DNA of 24,138 bases from a virus (taxonomy: Duplodnaviria; Caudoviricetes). Location of the stretch: the IMG/VR virus record IMGVR_UViG_3300033475_000136, positions 1-24,138 of that record; one strand, given 5' to 3'. Of the stretch, positions 1-6,700 are shown in pieces (within the stretch, counting starts at the first letter, position 1; every line of letters begins with the position of its first letter). Position numbers and translations under genes: made by a program. Under the pieces are notes generated by a model. The model ran no database searches. It saw nothing but the letters and a program-made list of their open reading frames with translations, and was not told the DNA's origin.

Positions 1-598
1 GCCGAGGCGTAGTGGATCCCACTGGGTTATCGGAGTAGCTGACGTTGTACGGGCCAGTACCCCAGAGGCTGTTGGACCGGGTCCGGGCGTTGAGGACGAA
101 GCTGGCTGCACCGTTCTCGTAGGTCACGTCACCAACGGTTCCCTCGACCACCCACGGGAAGATCATGTACCCGAAGGGGGTATTGCCCGTACAGGGCACC
201 GAGCTGTTGGTGATCCGGGTCCAACCTTCCAGGGCGAAGTTGGCGTTAGCTGCCGTCCCCTCCTGGGTGTTGTAACCGATCGCGGACGGCGAGACAGCGT
301 CGTTGAGGTACGTGGGCTCGGCGGACATGATGTTGATCAGTTCCGGGTCCACGTTGCAGAAGGTGAGGACCAGGTTGATCCACTTCAAGATCGGTGGGTT
401 GGTCTCCTTGACGCAGAAGTCACCATTGCCGTTCTTGACGAAGAACTCCTGGCGGGCCTCATACTCCTTGGTCAAGGCGACCGAGATGATGCCGTCACTG
501 ACCACAGTGGAGCACCCAGTGACCGCCTGACCACAGGAGTTGAGCTGAGTCACCCGCACCTTCGGAATCTTGAAGGGCGTAAAACAGGTTGAGGTCAT
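1..598 (-). CDS. major tail (tube) protein, partial (runs off window start); not in ORF track
   Basis: Manual translation from ATG at 598: MTSTCFTPFKIPKVRVTQLNSCGQAVTGCSTVVSDGIISVALTKEYEARQEFFVKNGNGDFCVKETNPPILKWINLVLTFCNVDPELINIM...FALEGWTR...FGYMIFPWV..., open to base 1. The RVTxLxxCG / KNxNGxxCV / FCxVDP pattern resembles actinophage major tail proteins. Purine-rich GGAGAG/TAGGA upstream; sits directly after the capsid genes. Confidence 0.8.
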   Translation of the reverse strand, partial: MTSTCFTPFKIPKVRVTQLNSCGQAVTGCSTVVSDGIISVALTKEYEARQEFFVKNGNGDFCVKETNPPILKWINLVLTFCNVDPELINIMSAEPTYLNDAVSPSAIGYNTQEGTAANANFALEGWTRITNSSVPCTGNTPFGYMIFPWVVEGTVGDVTYENGAASFVLNARTRSNSLWGTGPYNVSYSDNPVGSTTPR

Positions 599-629
599 GG
601 GTTCCTACTCTCCAGCCCCATAGGAGGGA

Positions 630-1490
630 TCACGTTCCGCCTCCTGCCGTGGTGCAGGTACGGGTTACCTTCACTGCCCAGGAACCGCACTCCACGACCG
701 CCAGATACACCTTCTCGCCGAGAACGTACATCTGGTTAAGAGCCCGATCCATGGTCTGCTGGGGGTCTGGGATTGCAATGTCCGTGCCCCAAATGAGCAC
801 CCGACCCGAGGCGTACATGTACTCGTCGGAACCAGTTGCCGCCTGTCCGGCCGGGCCACTTCCGTCATAGCCCTGACCGAACACATAGGGAGTCCCGTAC
901 ACCGTGCGCTTGAGTCGACCTGGCCCCTCATAAACGAGGTAGTTGTTGGACAGGTGAGCGCTCATTCCTGGCCGTGCGTGGATTGCTCCGCCCACGATTC
1001 CGTTGTCAGCCAGAGCCTGCTCCAGCATCTCCACGGCCTCAGTGACACAACCTGACGTGCCAAGGTCGGTCGCACTACGGAACAACCCGGGCACGGTTCC
1101 CAGGCCGTTGGAGGCATCCCAGCCCTGCCAGACCCGTCGCTCCACACCCCGCTGCTCCCGCAGCGTCATGCGGGTACGGACCCGCTCCGCAGCCTCATCA
1201 AAAGAGAACCCGATGCTGCCGCAGACATAGGAGGTGATGATCCCGAACGGGGACCCAGAGATGGGGGTGTCCAGCACAGAGAACGTCTTGGAACCAGACA
1301 CTGCCGGGCAGTTCATCTGGTACATGAAGATGTCTTTGACGCAGTCGTCTGGGACGTACTGGAGACCTCCACCAACTGCCTCTGGTACCGGAAACGGCAT
1401 AGGTCCCAAGGCCACATCGAAGAGCCCATACGGCCGTGGTGGCGGTGGGGGCGCCCCGATGAGGGCTGGTGCGTTGTTGATCGTTGCCAT
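630..1490 (-). CDS. major capsid pentamer-like protein (286 aa)
   Basis: PPPRPYGLF N-terminus; PFGIITSYVCGSIG and LREQRGVERRVW motifs; Cys-rich. Immediately follows the hexamer-like gene, as in cluster B-type actinophages. SD GAGGAG upstream. Confidence 0.7.
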   Translation of the reverse strand: MATINNAPALIGAPPPPPRPYGLFDVALGPMPFPVPEAVGGGLQYVPDDCVKDIFMYQMNCPAVSGSKTFSVLDTPISGSPFGIITSYVCGSIGFSFDEAAERVRTRMTLREQRGVERRVWQGWDASNGLGTVPGLFRSATDLGTSGCVTEAVEMLEQALADNGIVGGAIHARPGMSAHLSNNYLVYEGPGRLKRTVYGTPYVFGQGYDGSGPAGQAATGSDEYMYASGRVLIWGTDIAIPDPQQTMDRALNQMYVLGEKVYLAVVECGSWAVKVTRTCTTAGGGT

Positions 1491-1515
1491 GGCGTCTCCT
1501 CAACTGCCTGGTAGG

Positions 1516-1549
1516 GCGAAGGGGGCCGGTTGCCCGGCCCCCGGTTCGC
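1516..1549 (-). terminator. strong GNRA-capped hairpin (leaky terminator or mRNA stabiliser) between the capsid hexamer and pentamer genes
   Basis: Minus strand GCGAA-CC-GGGGGCCGG-GCAA-CCGGCCCCC-TTCGC: perfect 9-bp GC stem with a GCAA tetraloop, followed only by a short TT run. Confidence 0.65.
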
Positions 1550-3301
1550 TTACGGGCAAGTGAGGGCTCCAGTGCTGGTGGTCTTACCGCTCGGGCAGAT
1601 CGGCACGGTGTAGACCCGGCTCAGTGGGCACATCTGAACCATGGCCCAACCCGTCTCCGTGAAGAGGTGGGTGACCTGGTTGGTGGCCAGCTTGGTCGAG
1701 TCGTAGACCGAGTTCAGCGTGATCACGTCCGAGACGGCCCGGATCCAGGTGCCCGACGGGAACACCAGGAACTGGAACGACTTGGGCAGGAAGTTGATCG
1801 GGGTCGACGCACCCGGTCCGGTACCGGACAGGGCGGCCGTGCTGAACGCGTCCTGCCAGTCGTACACGTACTGCACACGGGCACCACGGGTGGTGTAGAA
1901 GGCGTTGATCTCCGCATCGGTCAGGTTCGGGTCCTGCACGAACGGGCGCCGCATCCAGTCAGCCCGCATCTGGGCCAGAACCCACCACGGCATGATGACC
2001 TCAAGCGTGGCGTTGCGGGCCATCCGCAGCCGGTACTTGATGTCGGTGATGGCCATCTCCACCGCGCTCATGATCTGAGAGGTGGTGGAACCGTCAGTGG
2101 CCCACGGAGCCTGAGCGGTCAGGTCGACCGCCGTGGAACCAGTGACCACGTCAGAAATCTGCTCACGGTTGATCTGGTGAGCGGAGGCGGCCATGGCGCC
2201 ACGGGTGAAGGTGGCGGTGTACTCCGGGTAGCCACGGATGGCCAGGATGTTGCCGGTGAGGCACAGGCCCGTCACGCCGAGACGAGTGTCCACGAACGAC
2301 GGACACGGGATCTCGATACAGGTCTTGGTGGTACCAGAGGCAACCTGAGCCTCAGTGAGGTCGAAGAAGCCGTTGGGGGTCTGTCCACCCTGGACACCGA
2401 AGATGGTGGAGAAGTCCAGACCGGTGTTGTGCCGGATGCCGCCACGCCGGGCCTGAACCTCAGGGAAGTCCGCGAGACCGTCGGTGGTGATCTGGAGGCA
2501 GATGTCGTAGTCCGTCTCAGACGGAGCACACCATCCCTGGGCGGCCACGATCGCGTCACGCTCAGGCTGCTCGGCCTTGATGCGCTTGCGGTCCAGCTCC
2601 ACGCTGGCCAGGAGTGATCCACCGGGCAGGCGGGACTCGTCAGCCACCTTCAGCAGCTTGTCGTAGTCCGTCTGGTCTCCGTTGACGGAGAACTCGTCCG
2701 GGTAGTTGCGGATCAGGGTGGCGACGGGGGACTGGATGGGGCCGTTGCTGCTCTTGACCCCGCTCTTGTCCATGCTCTGGTGCGACGCGCTGCGGGCCTC
2801 GAAGATCTTGGCCACTTCCAGCATCGTCGTCAGGACCTGGCCGTTCTCGAACGACCCATCAGCACTGGACGTGCTGGCCGCTGCAACCAGCGTGGACATG
2901 GGCACCCGGTTCGGGTGCGGCAGCTCAACATCCTGGCCGCCACCGTTGGCCTTGATCTTGGCCACGGTCACCTTGGTGGAGGCGACAACCGCGTCAGCGG
3001 GCTCCTCAACCTCGGCCTCGGCCTCAGCCTCAGGCTCTTCCTCGGCGTCTTCCTCCGGGTCCGTGGTCGCAGCAGCGAACCGGTCGGACACCTCGCGGCG
3101 CACGGAAAGCTCATCGGGGATGGTGGTGAAGACGAAGCTCTGAAGGTCCTCAAGACGGGTCAGCTCTTCGACCGTGATGGTCTCAACAGCGACCGTCGAC
3201 TTGAGGTTGTCGTATTCGGCCTTGGCGACACGGCGAAGGTCTTCGAGACCAGCGATGGAAAACTGGTCAAGACTTTCCGGGTCGGGAATCTGGAAAGGCA
3301 T
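1550..3301 (-). CDS. major capsid (hexamer) protein with N-terminal scaffold/delta-like region (583 aa)
   Basis: Helical, acidic N-terminal part (EEDAEEEPEAEAEAEVEEP), then AIVAAQGWCAPSETDYD, RRGGI, KTCIEIPCP, GNILAIRGYPE, VQYVYDWQ and LFTETG motifs typical of cluster B-like major capsid proteins. SD AGGAG upstream. Confidence 0.85.
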   Translation of the reverse strand: MPFQIPDPESLDQFSIAGLEDLRRVAKAEYDNLKSTVAVETITVEELTRLEDLQSFVFTTIPDELSVRREVSDRFAAATTDPEEDAEEEPEAEAEAEVEEPADAVVASTKVTVAKIKANGGGQDVELPHPNRVPMSTLVAAASTSSADGSFENGQVLTTMLEVAKIFEARSASHQSMDKSGVKSSNGPIQSPVATLIRNYPDEFSVNGDQTDYDKLLKVADESRLPGGSLLASVELDRKRIKAEQPERDAIVAAQGWCAPSETDYDICLQITTDGLADFPEVQARRGGIRHNTGLDFSTIFGVQGGQTPNGFFDLTEAQVASGTTKTCIEIPCPSFVDTRLGVTGLCLTGNILAIRGYPEYTATFTRGAMAASAHQINREQISDVVTGSTAVDLTAQAPWATDGSTTSQIMSAVEMAITDIKYRLRMARNATLEVIMPWWVLAQMRADWMRRPFVQDPNLTDAEINAFYTTRGARVQYVYDWQDAFSTAALSGTGPGASTPINFLPKSFQFLVFPSGTWIRAVSDVITLNSVYDSTKLATNQVTHLFTETGWAMVQMCPLSRVYTVPICPSGKTTSTGALTCP

Positions 3302-3313
3302 GTTCCTGCTCCT

Positions 3314-3388
3314 AGAAGTTGATCACTTCTGGTGCAGGCCCATAGCTCAGCCACCACTCCAAGGCCCGGCCCATAGCTCAGCGCCCGA
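3314..3388 (-). repeat. tandem 15-nt direct repeat GCTGAGCTATGGGCC in the capsid 5' leader, plus an SD-adjacent hairpin
   Basis: The + strand has GGCCCATAGCTCAGC at 3337-3351 and 3368-3382, and an inverted repeat AGAAGT-TGATC-ACTTCT at 3314-3330. Confidence 0.9.
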
Positions 3389-3397
3389 TTAGAACGG

Positions 3398-3426
3398 ATC
3401 ATAGATCCATTAGTGGTGCTTTACAA
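3398..3426 (-). promoter_or_regulatory. housekeeping-sigma-type promoter for the major capsid gene
   Basis: Minus strand TTGTAA-N17-TATGAT (-35 at 3426-3421, -10 at 3403-3398). The -10 is overlapped by the palindrome GGATC-TAT-GATCC (3396-3408). Confidence 0.75.
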
Positions 3427-3431
3427 GGGGG

Positions 3432-3572
3432 TCATACCTGGGAAGCCAGGACCGCCAACACGACCACGAAGGCCCCGATCCAACCAAGGTCAAATCGCGT
3501 TGGAATCTTGGCCGCACCACCAAGGAAAAAGATCCCGGCCACAACCCACAGAATTATCTGGATGACGTTCAT
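3432..3572 (-). CDS. small membrane protein, 46 aa, two hydrophobic segments; not in ORF track
   Basis: MNVIQIILWVVAGIFFLGGAAKIPTRFDLGWIGAFVVVLAVLASQV*; ATGA overlap with the stop of the upstream ORF (translational coupling). Confidence 0.7.
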   Translation of the reverse strand: MNVIQIILWVVAGIFFLGGAAKIPTRFDLGWIGAFVVVLAVLASQV

Positions 3573-3736
3573 CGCGACACCATGCTGTACGTACCACCAC
3601 CGGCCATCGTCACTGCGACCTTGGCAGCGTGCTCACCGCTGACGATTTCCGTGCGCCCATTAGGGAGCCGGACCTCAAACTTCGGCTCCTCGGCCGACAC
3701 AGCCTGGCTGTCCCCACCACCGCATGCACAAGGCAT
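3569..3736 (-). CDS. small virion-module protein with N-terminal CxCG, 55 aa; not in ORF track
   Basis: MPCACGGGDSQAVSAEEPKFEVRLPNGRTEIVSGEHAAKVAVTMAGGGTYSMVSR*; strong SD AAGGAGG just upstream. Resembles the small M-x-C-x-C-G proteins next to capsid genes in actinophages. Confidence 0.75.
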   Translation of the reverse strand: MPCACGGGDSQAVSAEEPKFEVRLPNGRTEIVSGEHAAKVAVTMAGGGTYSMVSR

Positions 3737-3745
3737 GGCCCCTCC

Positions 3746-6700
3746 TTAGCTGAAGTGGTCAGTAAACCACTTTTCGAAAGCCTTACGTACAGGATCATCA
3801 GGCCCAACCCCAGCCTGTTGCAACTGCTGAAGGATCTTGCGGTACAGGTCAGGGACCTTGCTGTAGTCCCCGGGCACCCGGGCGTACCGATCCAGTGTGC
3901 GCAGGTCCTGACTCTTACCACTGCCCAGTCTGTTCTGAAGGGTCAGGAACGTGCTGACCGGGACGCCCTCACCCGGGGTGAGACCCTTCGCCGTCACGTT
4001 GGCCGTGGGGGCGGCCGGAGCCTCGTTACCAGCCTTGGGCACCGGGGAACGTAGCTCCGCCTTGGTCACCGTTGGGGCAGCCTTAGCCGCCTTCTTGGCA
4101 GCCTTAGCCGGTGCCGGGGTGGCCTTGGCCGGCTCGGGAGCTGCCGGGGTTGCTCCACCACCACGGATCCACTTGCGCACCTCGGCGCTCTGGTTGATGG
4201 GTGACAGCTTCCCGGATTCACGCTGAGCCCAGTACACGCCATCGCCCGACTCATGAACACGACCACTTGCGTGTTCAATGGCGCGCTGGGCCTCGTCGTA
4301 GTTCGGGTCGTTTCGGTCCCCCTTGGAGATGATCTTTACCGAATCCAGGAGGTGTTGCATGGGGGTCTTGCCCTCACGAACATTTGTGCGGTCGTGGTAG
4401 GCCGGGATCTCGTTCACCTTCTCCAGGAAGTCCCGCACCTGAGCCGGCGTGTTATCCGGGAGGTCAAGCTTGCTCGGCTTGGTATCCAAGCCGGCTACGG
4501 CCTGGTTGATCCGCTCCCGGACCTGAGCATTGCCAGGCTTGATGTCGCGGATCAGAGCCCGGGCCGTAGGTACGTCGATTTTCCCATCGTGCAGTTGCTG
4601 GCCAATCTCAGTGATCTTGTTGAGATCCGGCGTTGACACACGGTCATCGCTGGCAAGGTCTTTCCACAGTCCGCCAATCTCGGAATCCATGTGAATGAGA
4701 CCCTGATCGGCGGACCATCTACCGTTAGGCGCCTTCAGGTCATCGCCCCGGCCAAAGGTGGCAGCGCTCGTGCCCTCGTCGAACCGGACACGGACACTCT
4801 TCACCGGTCCTTTATCCGAGATAAAGGGCTCATTGAATCCACCCTTAGCCAGGACCGCTGCACCCTCACCGGCACTGGGGGCCGCCTTCTTGGCGGCTCG
4901 GGCTTCACGCTCGGCAGCAATGGCAGTCTTCGTAATCTCAGAAGGATTCGATCCACCAAGGCGCACATAGGCCGCATGCTCCAGGCGGGTTGTCACGGTG
5001 CGACGCAGGATGTTCTCTCGCAGCTTCGCGATGCTGTCACTGGGCCGAACCTCAATGCCCACCTGCTTGGCAAGTTCCTGATACGGGCCTTTCTTGTTGC
5101 CCATGCTTTCCAGGATGTGACGACCCTGGTCCACAGTGGTGGCATTGGCCAACTGGGACTCAAACGCACGAGAGGTGGGAGTACCCGCCTCGGCCTTTGG
5201 AGCTGCCTTCACAGCCTTGGCTGCATTGAGCCGGGCCAGGTTGGCAGCAACCTCCTCCTGCTTGTTGGTCGGAAGCTCAGCAACGGGGGCAGCCGCCGGG
5301 GTCCGCTTGCCAGCTCGGATTGCAGCGTTGTTCTCCCGCTGGCGTTGTGACCGGGCAATGACAGCCGCCCGGGTCTCCGCTGGCAGGCTGGCAATCGCAT
5401 CACGCCGTTCCCCGGCCAGGCGATCAAGCATCTGCTGTTTCTGCTCCGGGGTGGCCTCAAGAACCCCGGCTGGGTGGGCCTGGAAGGCCCGACCTTCCAC
5501 GGTGCCCTGGTATCCGGGGCTGATGACCTGAACCGCCTGCCCCTTACGAGGTGACGAGTCGCCCATACCCCGGTGCTTTCCAGGCTCGAAGGGCTCCACA
5601 GTTCCGACCGGGCCAGTGTTACGAGTCAGGCCGTGCTCCGAGGCGATCCGGTCCAGCTCTGCCTGGTCTCCGGCCACGGCTGCCCGCTCGATGCGCTGAG
5701 CCAGCTCTGGGTCGCTGCGCCCTAGTTCCGAGCCACGGACACGGTGGCTCACAGCCCGTTCGCTGGCCCCATTGTTCAGCAGTTCATCCACAGTGGACAG
5801 TGTTGATCCAATGTTCTTCACCCGGTTCGCCGCCTCCATCCGCGAGCTGACCCGCGCAACTTCCGGTCGAGCCCCGGGCGCCCCACTGATGACATCCCCG
5901 CCACTACCGAACCGGCGCTCCACCGCCTTCTTGAGGATGTCATCCTTCGACCGGCCGGTGATGCCCATGGGCTTAGCCCAGTCGCGGATCTCAGACAGCA
6001 GCAGATCCTGGCGCATGTTGGTGGCCGCCTGCTCAGCCTCAGCGCGTGTGGTGGAGGCGTCCCAAGCCTTCTGGTGACGGTCCAGGACACGCTGCTTCAA
6101 CTTCTCAGCCTCGTCCCCGGCCTCCTTGACCGCAGCCTCAGCGCGGGCCACGGCCTTCTTGGCGGCCGGTTCCTTGACCGTCTCCTTGGCCTTGGCCAGG
6201 TCCTCAGCAGCAGCCTTAGCCGGGGTGCGGGTTACCCGGGGACGCTTAGCTTCGGCGACCTTGTCCGCAAGCTGACGAAGGTTAGCGACCTCCTCCGTGC
6301 CAGCACGGTACTTCTGGTCCAGTTCGGCCTTATGCTCGGGAGAAGTGCGACTGGCATCCACCCCGCCATTGATGATGGCATTGGCGTCAGACATTCTTTG
6401 GGCGCGATCGCGGATGTTCTGGGCAGCCTTGGCCGGGCTCATGCCCTGGTTCAGATCACCTTGAGCCGCATCAATGTGTCTCTGGTCGATGTTCAGGTCC
6501 CCAGCAATGGCCTTCGCATCCAGGTGCTTGGCCCCACCGGGACTGAACTCCTCAACGGCCTTGGCCTTGGCGGCCTCCCGGGTGACCTTCTGGGCATTGC
6601 GAGCTTCCTTGGCAGCGGCCCGCTTGTCCAGTTCTCCCTTGATGGTCTGCTTGAGAGCGTCCTGGAAAATCTCCTGAGCATTGCTGCCCTTGGCATCCAG

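Noticed and set aside
1484-2617. 377-aa plus-strand ORF and other long antisense ORFs (6074-6994, 7070-8239, 8642-9907, 11649-12362, 16692-17843)
   Set aside because: Shadow ORFs opposite well-supported genes; expected from high-GC codon bias, with no recognisable motifs.
3337-3382. Direct repeats as a mini-CRISPR array associated with the Cas4-like gene
   Set aside because: Only two 15-nt copies with a 16-nt gap, far too short, and no cas1/cas2; solo Cas4-like exonucleases are ordinary in phage replication modules.
3337-3390. tRNA fragment (TAGCTCAG resembles a D-arm) or TPP riboswitch (GCUGAG)
   Set aside because: No cloverleaf or T-arm GTTCRA, and the other conserved TPP-box elements and length are missing.
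3610-3921. 103-aa minus-strand ORF from the ORF track
   Set aside because: Overlaps the giant ORF end; the 55-aa ORF in another frame has a strong SD and coupling to the next gene.
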